From positions 186,001 to 250,000 of the forward strand of contig OZ251227.1 of NCBI GenBank assembly GCA_965240325.2: DNA of 64,000 nt. Direction: 5' to 3'. Position numbers and translations under genes: made by a program. This document shows positions 11,188 through 23,838 of the stretch, in pieces; within the stretch, counting starts at the first letter, position 1; each line of letters starts with the position of its first letter. Origin of the DNA: Rebecca billardiae RCC1528. Lineage: Eukaryota; Protista; Haptophyta. Under the pieces are notes generated by a model, which was given only the letters and a program-made list of their open reading frames with translations, had not been told where the DNA came from and made no database searches.

Positions 11188-12666
11188 ATGGCCGCGCCGC
11201 CCGGCGTGGCCGCGTTTCAGGCGGCCACGATACCCAACCGCTGGGCGCTGGTAGCGGTGGCCGTGCTCGCCGTCGCGCAGCTTGCGCACGGTGTGCCCCA
11301 TCACCCCCCTGGGCAGCCGGCGGTGCGTACGCGCTTCTGCCACACCGACGCCGAGGTGACTCGGGCGAGGGGGCATTGCGTGTTCGTGAGGAATCACTTG
11401 CAGGAGTACCTCTACAGCCGGCACCGGCGCTGGCAGGCCGCCAGAGGCCACCGTGCCCGCGGGAACGACGAGGTCATGATGCATCTGCTCAGCGTGCTCA
11501 ACTTTGACAAGACGGCCTTTCATCATTTCGCGCATGCGCTGGGCTTGCCCATCCCACAGCGTCGGGCGTGCGTGAGCACGCCGGAGGCCCTCGAGGCGGT
11601 GATGGCGCAGCAAGGCACTGACAAGACGCGTGCACCACTCGTGGTCAAGCGTTCGCGGGGGACGCACGCAGCGCAGGTGTTCATCTTGAAGAACGGCCGC
11701 GAGCTGCTGCGCAAGAAGCCCATGACGCCCAAGGACGTGATCCGCGCGTTCAGATCGCCCGAGACCGATTTCAAGACGCTGGCGGCGCAGACGTACTTCC
11801 GCAAAAGCACGACTGGGAAGAACATCGACAAGTTCACGTACATCGCGGAGGACGCCATCATGGACCGCGCGCGTCGCACGTTCGCGCGCGACGTCAAGCT
11901 GCACGCGTTTGGAAAGAACGTGCCCCACCTGGTGTACATCACGGGGCGCACCACGCACGGCTTCCGCTTCGACGGCGGCTGCCTCATGTGCCAGCACACG
12001 CGGCACGGCTGCGTGGATCGGTCGAACCCGGTGGAGTGCTACGTGGTCGATCCCGAGCTCAAGTACGGCGCGGCCTCCACTGACCCGCGCACGGGCGAGC
12101 ACGTGGCCCTCAAGCTTCCCCCCAGCGCGGAGCTGATGCACCGTGTGGCCGCAGTGATCGGGGGCGCACTCGGCGTCTTCGTGCGCGTCGACTTCTTCGA
12201 GCAGCCCGTCCGGCCCGTGCTGGCCGAGCTCACCTTCTTCCCCGCAACGCCGATGAACGGCCAGACGTACTACAAGGACTACGTCGGCCAGCTCGGTCTC
12301 TTGCTCGGCTCGTTCTGGAAGGGGGCGGAGGGCGGCGGCCACGTGCCGCGGCTGCCGTGCTGGCTGCCCAAGGACTTTGAGAAGGTTCTCATGTCCTGCC
12401 GCGGACTGGACGGGCGGAACGTCTCGCAGCTCGCCGATGAGCACTGCACCGACTCCGCGAGCGATCAGTACGACAGGGAGAAGTGGCTGAAGGCAGCCGA
12501 CCACATCGCGTGGTGGTATCGGTGGCAGGCCGCGCGCGCAGATCGGTTGCAGTCGGCGAATCGGCGGAACGCATCGGCATCGGGCACGAGCAGCGGCGCG
12601 CATGCAGCAGCAGCTCAGCACGGCAACACGTCACATGTCGACTTCACAAACGATGACTACCAATAA
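11188..12666 (+). CDS. TupA-like ATP-grasp ligase with N-terminal signal/anchor
   Basis: VVKRSRGT, YIAEDAI, DVKLHAFG and FVRVDFF...LAELTFFP match the ATPgrasp_TupA pattern; hydrophobic WALVAVAVLAVAQLAHG. Confidence 0.7.
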   Translation: MAAPPGVAAFQAATIPNRWALVAVAVLAVAQLAHGVPHHPPGQPAVRTRFCHTDAEVTRARGHCVFVRNHLQEYLYSRHRRWQAARGHRARGNDEVMMHLLSVLNFDKTAFHHFAHALGLPIPQRRACVSTPEALEAVMAQQGTDKTRAPLVVKRSRGTHAAQVFILKNGRELLRKKPMTPKDVIRAFRSPETDFKTLAAQTYFRKSTTGKNIDKFTYIAEDAIMDRARRTFARDVKLHAFGKNVPHLVYITGRTTHGFRFDGGCLMCQHTRHGCVDRSNPVECYVVDPELKYGAASTDPRTGEHVALKLPPSAELMHRVAAVIGGALGVFVRVDFFEQPVRPVLAELTFFPATPMNGQTYYKDYVGQLGLLLGSFWKGAEGGGHVPRLPCWLPKDFEKVLMSCRGLDGRNVSQLADEHCTDSASDQYDREKWLKAADHIAWWYRWQAARADRLQSANRRNASASGTSSGAHAAAAQHGNTSHVDFTNDDYQ

Positions 12667-12919
12667 CCAACCACTCGACGACTGCGCCCGCCATGCGGAA
12701 GAATTGATGACACTTATATTGACAGTGAAGGGACCAATGAAAAATAAAGGGGGGTGCTGGGATCCGGGCGGGCCCAGCCCGATCGGCTGCCCGGACGCCC
12801 AGTGGCCACGACGAACGCGGAGTCGCGGACGTCGATTCGTCGTCCCAGCTGGTGGAATCGCGAGGCGCAGCTCGGGCGCTGAACGTCCCGCGGGCGGCGT
12901 CGCGCGCGCGTGCACCACC

Positions 12920-13975
12920 ATGGCAGGCGCTGAACTAGTGTCGCGCAACTCGACGGTCCTCGCGCACATTGTGCACATGCGGGACGAGACGTTGCGAGCG
13001 GGCGTGCGTGAATCACTCTTCCCCGCCATGGCTGCTACCGGCTGGAGCATTGGCGACGCGATTGAAGCCATCTGGGCGGGCAACACGTCACCGGAGGCAG
13101 GGGCTGGCGTCGACGCCAACTCGGCAGACGCCGTAGCTGCGCTCGCGGAGCTCGCGCGCGCTCCGCCACCTGACGCATCAGCCGCGCCACAGCTCGCCTT
13201 TGCATTCGTGCGCAACCCGGCGTCGCTCGCGGCGGCGCCGTCGGTCGACGGGGGCGCCGGCGTGGACTACGATCGGTCGCGCGCCTTCTGGCGCGCGCAA
13301 GCGCCTACGCTCGCCGCGATGCTCGGCGGTCTCGAGCGCACGCACGCGCCGGATGTGGAGGGCTCGCTGCGCTTTCTCGAGCACCTGGGCCACGCGCGCG
13401 CCGCCTCCAGCGCCGCCGACCCAGGCCGGGCGCTCGACTGCGGCACAGGCGTCGGGCGTGTCGCGCAGCACGTACTCCTGCGCCGCTTCGGCCTGGTCGA
13501 TCTCGTCGAGCAAGACGAGCGCTTCCTGGCGCAGGCGCGCGCGGAGCTGCCCGCAGAGCGCGTGGGCGAGTGCATGTGCGCACCGCTGCAGAGCGCGCCG
13601 CTCGACGCGGGCGGGCGGCGGTACACGTGCATCTGGGTGCAGTGGGTGCTGAACTACCTCACGGATGAGGACTGCGTCGCACTGCTCCGCCGCGCGGCGA
13701 GCGCACTCGCCCCAGCTGACGGTGTGCTGGTGGTGAAGGAGACGCACGTGCGTGCAGGCTCGGACGACTTGCTCGACCGCGGCGACGCAAGCATCTGCCG
13801 CGCCGAGGCGCATTTCGAGCGCCTCTTCGCAGAGGCTGGGCTGGCCATCCGCTCGTCCGCGCTCGATAGCGGCTTGCCTAGGGAGCTCCTCCCCGTGCGT
13901 ATGTGGGCGTTGAACCCGGCAGCACCGCCAGCAGCACGGACTGGCGATCAGACAGGCGACCGGGCGCCAATCTGA
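12920..13975 (+). CDS. NTMT1: Alpha-N-terminal protein methyltransferase (NTMT1/Tae1 family)
   Basis: MLGG, ALDCGTGVGRV, DLVEQ, IWVQWVLNYLTD, VVKE motifs. Confidence 0.88.
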   Translation: MAGAELVSRNSTVLAHIVHMRDETLRAGVRESLFPAMAATGWSIGDAIEAIWAGNTSPEAGAGVDANSADAVAALAELARAPPPDASAAPQLAFAFVRNPASLAAAPSVDGGAGVDYDRSRAFWRAQAPTLAAMLGGLERTHAPDVEGSLRFLEHLGHARAASSAADPGRALDCGTGVGRVAQHVLLRRFGLVDLVEQDERFLAQARAELPAERVGECMCAPLQSAPLDAGGRRYTCIWVQWVLNYLTDEDCVALLRRAASALAPADGVLVVKETHVRAGSDDLLDRGDASICRAEAHFERLFAEAGLAIRSSALDSGLPRELLPVRMWALNPAAPPAARTGDQTGDRAPI

Positions 13976-14355
13976 GGCAATTGTGAATTGAGCGCAGCAC
14001 TCTGACAGAGGGCGAGGTCGGTGGTCGTACTCAGTACGAGTCGTAGTCGGTCGTAGTCGATCATCATATATCATCAGCAGCAGCAGTCGTCGATCGATAG
14101 AGAGACGGAGAGAGAGCCCGCCTAAGTAAGAGACGGAGTCTGTCTGAGAGTATCTGACTCTGAGTACTACTGAGAGTGAGACTGAGAGAGACTCGGCTAG
14201 GCCTAGAGTCGTAGACGGTAGAGACGGCCAGACTCCGCCCGCCCAGACGGCCCAGAGAGCCAGAGGGACTGATGATGTCTGATCGACTATCCGGACTATC
14301 GAGCCCTGTCGTCAGTGTGGCTAGCAGTCATCATCACTGCTATATATATATATAT

Positions 14356-17300
14356 GAGCCGACGTCAGTTGTATTGCCGCTTTGGATAGTGTGGTCAGTT
14401 GTATTGCCAAAAGCACTTTATGACTACCGTGGTCAGTTGTATTGCCGTTTTCAGTAGTATGGGTCAAGAATATTGCCGCTTTTGGATAGTGTGTCAACAA
14501 TATTGCCCCTCAAATACTGGTTTCAAACCAATGACCCTTTCACACTACTTGGTTCACGAATATTGCCGTTTTCGAGCTTGAACATAGTCTGCTCAGAAAT
14601 ATATTGCCCTTTTCATAACTATGTGTCAGTTGTATTGCCGCCAGCAGCTGGTGGCTGGGGCACGACTCGCACTCAGGCAAGAGATAGGGGGGCCAAACCG
14701 CTCATTTAAAAAGAAAATCAAAGCCGCGGCGCATTTTCGCTCCTCCTTCGGCCTTTTAGGGTGGCGCGGAGCCTTTTTCTCGGACCCCGCTCGAAAACCG
14801 AGCTCCGACGCGTTCGGGCGCTCAGAGCTCGGTTCCGCTCGAGCACGAGCGGCCGGAGGCAGTGGACCGCCGCGCGCTCGCGACCTCTGAGACGCCGATA
14901 TGGTCTCGGGTGCGCGCGCGCGTGACGCTGGTGGGCGCTACTGGCCCGTGCCTTTGCGCCACCAGCGGCTCACCACCCGCTTCTTGGCCACCTCGCGCCG
15001 TGCGCGGCGCGCGTCGGCCGGCTTGAATTGGTGCGCTGCGTACGCCCGCTACGCTACCGCACGGTGTGGCGCATGATCAACTCGGACCAATGAGATCGAT
15101 GCTCGGACCAATCGTCCATGTATGTCTGTGAATGCCAAGCTCGCCTAACCTGCCCTACTGCGCCGGAATCGCCGTCAGCAGACCGGCGCGAGCTCGCGCA
15201 CAACACCTCCGCGGAGCTCGCAACTGTCATGTTCCGCTTGTAGGGCCCGTGTTTGCACCTGCCGTGGCACTTGCGATGGTCAGTACGTTGGGTATGGGTC
15301 ACGTGTGCCCGCTGATGGCGTCGGGGCGCCTCCCATTCGCCTCTCAGGACGTCGCGGACGTGCTCGCAGGCAGCGGTTGGCTCATTCGACAGGTCCGACG
15401 TGCACTCGACCGTGCCTGCAAGCGCGCCCCTGTGACGCTCATGCCTGCAGAAGCAGATGCAGATGGGCCCCCATGCACCCTGGTGCGCCCAAGACCGGCG
15501 GGAGCGTCAGAGACCTTCTCAATCTTGACACCTTGCACACGCCGGCGCTTGCCGTTGGGCTCTGCGCAGCCAGCCAGGAGCGCCGAACAGCGCCGGATCA
15601 GCCTCTGTAGGCCGAATATCCGCCCCAAAGCCCAGAAATAGCGCGGAACAGGGTAGGGCATACCTATATGGACCGATCCCATCCAGCCTGGTTTGGTGCA
15701 GAGACGCCAGCCACCGCCTGGAGCAGGCGTTTGCTGCCGAATCGCATGCTCGGCACTGTGCCGCACTGCGACGACGACAGATTTGACCTGCCTCGTAGGT
15801 CTCGGCCAGGGAGCGGTGACGGTTGGCTCGAGTGACTTTAAACCTTGACTATGACCGAGAGCACTCCCGGGCTGAGGACGTGGGGCCGGTGCTTTGGGTC
15901 TACTATGTCTGCAATACACCGTACGCGTGGCCGTATACACAGTCTGAAAACGTATCTCGCAGCTCGAGATCAGACGAGACTGTATTCATCAGCATGGCGC
16001 CTATATACACGGTGGGTATGTAACGACCAGTGGCTTCCAGGAAACTACATATTTGACAGCCTGCCAGTACACCGCCTATATCGCATGTTGGGACCTGCTG
16101 CTGCTGGGGACTCAGAACGATCTCGCCGAGATGCTCTATCAAACTGAGGTCGACATGGTCTATATGTCACATATAGGACGGCCGTTACATGCCGTTTCCA
16201 ATAAGTTCAGGCTCATTCTAATAGGTAAATATGGTAGCCGTTACGCCCTATAATCAGGGTATGTGCACCTGATTTTTTTACATGGCCGGCCCAGACCCCT
16301 CCAGAGGGCAAATGATCCAGCCCGAAATCAGCTCTAAACACTCGCTAGGACCCGCGCTCGTGGCCGTCAGTAACGCTACAGTGCCACTTTGGCCCCCCTA
16401 CAAGAGACTCGCGCAGCCCGTGTGCGCGTGCGTGCAGAGCTGCGACTGCCTGCGCGCGGCATGCAGGATACGCGCCTGCAACCAACCGACATGCCATCAT
16501 CATGTGGCCTGCGTAGCTCATCTTGACTTCCAGTAGCAGTCGGCGCTTCCCGGCTCCAGCCACAGTCAGGGACGTCCACTGACCCTATGGGGGGGGTGCA
16601 TTTAGACGAACCCCTGGGAGCCAGGGAGCGATGAGGGTACCAATCGAAAGATCTCCGGGGCGGCGGACGAAGCCGCAGGTTCAAAACCGAAGCCGCAGAC
16701 GATTTCGTATGTTTCTTTGTCCTTGAACGCGTCGTCACAGTCGAACACGGAGGACTCCATCGTGCTGAACTTTTTTTGGGGCTCCCGGACCGGTCTCTCG
16801 CACGATGGAGCTCCGCCGAGCGGGCGAGGAGACGAGACGCCTTGGAGGCCTTGATCCGGGCGCATCCCCTGGTTGGCCGCGGCACCCTGTCGCGCTCGCG
16901 CCCCGGGTGCACCTTCGTGCACTGAGAGTCACCGATGGGCGAGAAGCTGCTCGTCGACTCGAGCAAGCTGCGCGCTATCCGCGTCGAGCTGCTCGCGCCG
17001 GCGGCCACACCTCGCGGCGGTGCGGGCGTGCGCATGAGCTTGTCGGCTTCTAGCTGCTCGCGCCCCGGGCCGCGCCGTCAGCTCGTGGTGCCACGGGTAT
17101 GCGCACGAGCTCGTGCTTGGCTGCAGCTCCTCAGAGGACTGCCACAGCTGGCTGGCTCAGAGCTTGTTCGCGAGTGCTGAGGTGCGGCGTGGCCTGCGCG
17201 GTGCGCCGCAGCGGTCAATGCGTTGCTCGATGATCCTGCACTGCGCTACGTCTTGACTCGCGAGGGAGGCGCCGATATCGGGGCTGTGTGTAATGCGTCA

Positions 17301-18736
17301 TGGTCGCCCGGCGCAGAGCCGACGCCGCACGACGCAGCCCTCAGCCAACACCAGCGAACACGGTCTGCTATGCGAATTCTGGCGAGTTGGGGCCTTATTG
17401 AGGCGTATTTGGTCCTTCGATCGGCTGGGGGGAGCCCCCCCCAGACCCCCCCAGAGAGTCTGAATGCACCCCTGCTGGACGTCCCGGACAGTGACCGGAG
17501 CCTCCCGTCGCCGTCGCGCTTGCCGCCCGCCGGCGGCCGGCCGCCAGCGCCATCGGGACTGCTGCTACTTCAGCGGCCACGTGAGCCGCATCGCGTCCCA
17601 TGCCGCTGCACGCGCCGCCTCAAGCTGCGACCGCGCTCGCCAAGCCTGCCACTCGGGTTCCAGCAGCAGCAGGAAGCGTCGCCTGCCCCTCCTGCTTGCT
17701 GGCTCGTCGAGGCACGCGCGGCGCACCGCCCGCCGGTCGGTGCGTTGTGTCCCAGCTGGCAGTACGCCTTGGACTTCCTCCTCCACGGGCCAATCAGCCT
17801 GCGTTGACGAGTGCGACTGGCGCACGGTCAGCCACCTGCACACGGTTGGCCACAGGGCAGTCTGCTGTTGGAGTGATGACAATCGCAAAAAGGCACGCGC
17901 CAGCAGTGTTGCACGAGCGAGAGCGACGCGCGTTGGTTGATCGCCACGGTGTGAATGACAGTCGATGGCAGGCAGTGAGGGGGACGCGCGTCGCGTTGGT
18001 CAAGCTCCTTGAGGCCGTTGAAGAGCACACGCCCGTCGTGCACGTTCGACTCCCGCGAATCGGGGCGCAGCAACACACGCTCACCCTGCTTCACGCATGC
18101 ACCTGCATGCGCTGCCGTCGCAATGTCATCGACTGCGCGCTTGACGGTCCCGGAGTCGAAGTGAGCACGGAGCAACGCCGATTCGATCGAAGTCGCGACG
18201 GATTCTCGCCCGTCTCCGCGTAGACGGCGAGTAGCCCGAGGTGCACGCGCGTGTTGCACTGCGCGCGCATGCGGCAGCGTTTGTGCAGATTCCGCCATTC
18301 CGGTCCACGGTTCAGCTCGTCGTTCGGCTTGATGATGTCGAGGAACACGGCGCTACCCCGGCAGAGATCGTCGTCGTTGAACGTCACTCTTCTGGCCTGG
18401 GATCAGCTAGGCCTGCTCAAGGGCACGCCGGCGGCGCATGGGCGCCAGCGCCATCATCAGCGCGTGGGCGATCGCGGCAACAAACCTGAATCAAAGATGC
18501 GCAAACGGCAACACAACTGACCCACACTACGCGACGGCAATACAGCTGGACAAAGTATTGGGCCATCATCCACGGCAATACACCTGACACAAGTATTCGA
18601 CGTTGGCAACAAGATTGACACGTGATTCCCAAACATGGAAAACGGCAATACAACTGACCAAGGTAGTCAAAACGTGCGTTTGGCAATACACCTGACCACA
18701 CTTTCCAAAACGGCAATACAGCTGACATTATCGCTC
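14356..18736. mobile_element. Degenerate DNA transposon with long modular TIRs (foldback/MULE- or pogo-like)
   Basis: Left 14356-14640 and right 18474-18736 are imperfect reverse complements built of repeated CAGTTGTATTGCCG units; GAGC...GCTC ends in microsatellite context; interior ORFs broken; zinc-knuckle-like remnant KAYCQLGHNAPT on - strand near 17735-17775. Confidence 0.75.
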
Positions 18737-18772
18737 TCTCTCTCTCTCTCTCTCTCTATACATACCGCCATA

Positions 18773-20144
<1,372 letters not shown>

Positions 20145-20790
20145 GGAATTATTATGCTGGCAAGTCGGAATCGTAAGTGTTATTAGTTAGGCCGGACTTC
20201 TAAGCACTGAAAGCAGGTCCGCAGTCCAGTACTAGCTAAGTTTCTCGATCATCATCACACCGTGACTGCTACCTTTGAAGGCTGCCAAGCAGTGTCATCA
20301 GTGGCAACGCGCGCGCCACGCCCCGGGACTGGGTGGGAAGTGGGAGCTGCCGCCGCTGCCCCTGATTGATGCCCCGAGTCCCGCGCTGAGCCTTCGCTCT
20401 CACTGCTTATAATATATATATATTCGACTCATCACTGGCTAACTCTCGACGGTCTCCGGGTCTGCCGGTCCGGATTTCCAAAATAGGCAAGATGATGCAC
20501 GCTGTAGCTAGTTGAGTAGAACTTTAGCTAGCTGATTCTGATAGTCGTGATAAGTAGTTGCAGTGATGATGATGAAGTGAATAGTGATCGACGCCGCCTC
20601 GGCCCGTGGTCGGCTGGTCGACGTACGCGGGCGGGTCGCGGGATCGAGTGATGATGACTCGGACGCCGGATGACGACGACGCCCCGGCGCTGCCAACGAC
20701 GACCACGATGCCGGATGCGATGCCGCCGTGCCCATGCCGCATGCGCACGTCGTGGTAGTGAGGATGTCGTAGTCAATCCCAATGTTCCGA

Positions 20791-21670
20791 TCATCGATTC
20801 GGCGGCAGCTGCTGTGAGTGCAATTGGTCACCGTCCGCGCGCGGCGAGGCAGCTGGCCCGTGCCGCTGGCGGAGCACGTCACGCGTGTATGACACAGGGT
20901 GCAGGTACTCGTCGATCCGCTGGCCGACCGACTGCTCAGCCGTGTGCGCCGCGTTGGCACGCCGCATGTCTCCGGCGGTGACGGTCTGCTCAGACACGTG
21001 CATGTCTGTGTCGAAGCGGCCGGTGATCATCATCTGTGGCGGCACCTTGAAGCGCGCGTAAATGCGCAGGAAATAGTGGTACATGCCGTACAGGAAGAGG
21101 AAGATGGTCACAGACATGGCCATGGCAACCGGCCTGCGCACCGAAAGCAGCGCCGCGCAGGTTGCAGGGCGAGGCGTCAGCGCAGGAGCCCCCCCCCAAC
21201 CACCCACCCCGGTCAAATGCTGTCAGCGCCGCGCGCGCGCACCAGATGAATTCGAGCCAGGCGAAGAGCAGAGCGGAGAAGTGAAATGCAACCAGGCCGA
21301 TGCCGAAGAAGAAGAATGTGAGCCTGTACTCCTCCATCATCTCGTCCACCGCCTTGTGCATCGAGCCATCTGGACCCCGCAGCGCAAGGCCTGGACCGAG
21401 CATGGAGCAGAGCGTCGAGTTGAGCACGGCGACGAGCTCGAGGCCCATGGCCGTGGTGGTCACGCATAGATATGCCGTCTTGAGCGTCTCGTTCACGTGA
21501 TCGGGGATGTCCACCTGGATCAGGCCAGCGTACGCGAAGCCGGCGAGCAGCGACGCCTGCGTGCCAATGGCGACGCAGTTCTCCGTGTAAAAGTGCAGCT
21601 CCTTCTCGCGGATGCGCAGCAGGTTGACCTTCAGGTTCTGCTCGAGCGCGCGCTTATCTGCGTGCAGCAT
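20791..21670 (-). CDS. Orai-like four-TM membrane protein (intron 21134-21242)
   Basis: GTQASLLAGFAYAGLIQVDI resembles Orai TM1 (RTSALLSGFAMVAMVEVQL); four hydrophobic helices; splicing gives EFIW|PVAMAM. Confidence 0.65.
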
Positions 21671-21791
21671 CGCGCCTCACACGGACACGGGCTCTCGCGG
21701 ACGCGTACCCCTGAACACTCAAGCTAGCCAAGTGCCGTGGCCGCCATTGCCCACCGGTGTCCGGCGAGCCGAGCTCACACCCGTTTGCACG

Positions 21792-23288
21792 ATGGCGGCC
21801 ATGACACGGCTGGGCGGTGGATGGTGTATCCTCCTCCTCGCCCTTTGCACGGCGCAGCGCAGCGTGGAGGACGTCGCATGCGATCCTCCGCACTCGACCG
21901 CTCTTCTTCTCCTCGGCGCCGTCGCAGGCTCGCCCGTGGGGCTCGCAGACCTGGCCCAGCACACGCGCGCCCTCGCGACAAATGTCGCATCGCCGCTCGG
22001 CGCGCGGGTGATCGCGGTCTACGAGGTGACCGCGTGCGATCGCGAGCACGGCTCACGACGTCACCCCATGACGGAGCCAGCATGCGCGGCCGGGCTTGCG
22101 TCGAGTGCGCGCGACCGCGAGCGCGCGGTCGCGGCCGCACTCCGCGCCGAGCTGGGGCACTGGCTGCGTGCAGAGGGCCGCATGCGCCCAGCCGCCTGCG
22201 CGCCGCACAGAGACGAGGACGGCGTGTGGGTCGAATGCCTCGAGCCGGATCCGCATGGGGCGTGGCGCTCGGTGGCGACATCGCAGTGGCTCAAGCTCCG
22301 CGAGGCTTGGCGCCTCATGGAGGCGCTCGAAGCCGCTGGCGATGCTGGGGCCGCCCGGTTCGAGCTGGTTGCCAAGCTGCGCTTTGATGCGGTGCCTCTG
22401 CCCGAGTGGCGCATATGCGCCGCGCGGGACGGGCTGCGCGCGGACGCGGCGCCAGCGATCCACGCGATGAGCGACCTCGTCTTCTGGGGCGCGCGCGCAC
22501 ACGTGCGCATCGCTTCGCGCCTGTACGACGCCCTCTGCTACTTTGAGGGCGCCGAGGGCGCGCGCGCGCGGCGAGAGCGGGCAGCGCACGGTGCGCGCCC
22601 TCAGCTTGGCGCTGTCCAGAGGGCGGGAGATGCGAGCGCTGCGGGCTGCGTTGGCGCCGTCGGAAGCGCACTGGCTGCCCACGGCGGCCCGCGGCGCGAG
22701 CCGCTCAGCCGGCCCGTGAGCGTGTGCGCAATGCTGGCCTCCGTGCGCGCGCTGCCGCCTGCGGGCTGGCGGCGGCCGAGGCTCTACTCCAAGCTGGGCA
22801 CGCTGCCCTTCCCGAGGCTCCAACCGACGGGCGGCGCCGAGCCAGCGGGCGAGGTGGGGGGCATCGGGCGTGCGAAGGGCGCAGACGCTGCGGCGCTGCT
22901 CGAGGCGCATCTACAGGCCGCGCGCGACGCCGGCTGGGCGTGGGTCGATCCGCTCACGCCAGCTGCCGCCAGCAAGCAGCCAGTGCCGCCGCTGGCGCAC
23001 GCGCGCGCCAGCCGTTACGACTACCAGCCCGGCCTCTTCGTCTCTGAGAAGGACTTTGCGTGGTGGATGATTGCACACAATGTGACTGTGTGTGACTTGG
23101 GCGCGGGGACGAGTGGCGTGCTCCTCAAGGGCGAGGTGCACCCTCGGATCGGGCGCGATGACTGCGGCGGACTTCATCGGAGTCATCGGCATCGTGATCG
23201 TCTGCGTCAGCATCGTCGTCATCAAAAACGGCCTTCGGACTCTGTCTCAGACTCAGACTCAGCAGTACCTGTGCTGGGCAACTGCTAG
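21792..23288 (+). CDS. Secreted hypothetical protein, possibly glycosyltransferase-like
   Basis: Signal peptide; QWLKLREAW...FELVAKLRFD...SDLVFWG pattern. Confidence 0.55.
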   Translation: MAAMTRLGGGWCILLLALCTAQRSVEDVACDPPHSTALLLLGAVAGSPVGLADLAQHTRALATNVASPLGARVIAVYEVTACDREHGSRRHPMTEPACAAGLASSARDRERAVAAALRAELGHWLRAEGRMRPAACAPHRDEDGVWVECLEPDPHGAWRSVATSQWLKLREAWRLMEALEAAGDAGAARFELVAKLRFDAVPLPEWRICAARDGLRADAAPAIHAMSDLVFWGARAHVRIASRLYDALCYFEGAEGARARRERAAHGARPQLGAVQRAGDASAAGCVGAVGSALAAHGGPRREPLSRPVSVCAMLASVRALPPAGWRRPRLYSKLGTLPFPRLQPTGGAEPAGEVGGIGRAKGADAAALLEAHLQAARDAGWAWVDPLTPAAASKQPVPPLAHARASRYDYQPGLFVSEKDFAWWMIAHNVTVCDLGAGTSGVLLKGEVHPRIGRDDCGGLHRSHRHRDRLRQHRRHQKRPSDSVSDSDSAVPVLGNC

Positions 23289-23418
23289 CTCAGAGCTATA
23301 TAGCCAGCCATCTGCCGACGGACGATAGACTCTACAGGCTGCTTCATCACAGTCGGGCCGGCAGCAGTATTAATTTAGTTAGTAGTCATCGTACAGTGTG
23401 CAGTAGAGTAGTAGATGA

Positions 23419-23447
23419 TAGAGAGAGAGAGAGAGGGAGAGAGAGCG

Positions 23448-23518
<71 letters not shown>
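23419..23518. repeat. (GA)n microsatellite
   Basis: Directly visible. Confidence 0.95.
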
Positions 23519-23520
<2 letters not shown>

Positions 23521-23838
23521 CCGAGTCGTGGGGCCCCACGGCCACGGGCACGGGCACGCCCGCCCGCCCGGGGGCGGGGGTGCCCGCCCGGGGGCGGGGG
23601 TGGGGCACGGCGCCGCACTGCGGAGTGCGGTTCGGTCACTGCGACTGTCTGCGACAGATCCGAGTCGTCCGTGATCCGCCCGATAATGAGAGTTCGATCA
23701 ATTACGCGCATATTAATTCAGGCGACGACGATATGACGACACTACGGAACGGTGTCGCGTCCGGCCGAGGCGAGCGGCGGTTCAGTAAACAACGTGGAGC
23801 CTGACATTCTGGCACCGGGCATCATATTGGTAACGTGT

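Noticed and set aside
14364-14640. Repeat-spacer-like pattern resembling CRISPR
   Set aside because: Repeats are short and degenerate, mirrored at 18474-18727 as a TIR; eukaryotic context; no cas genes
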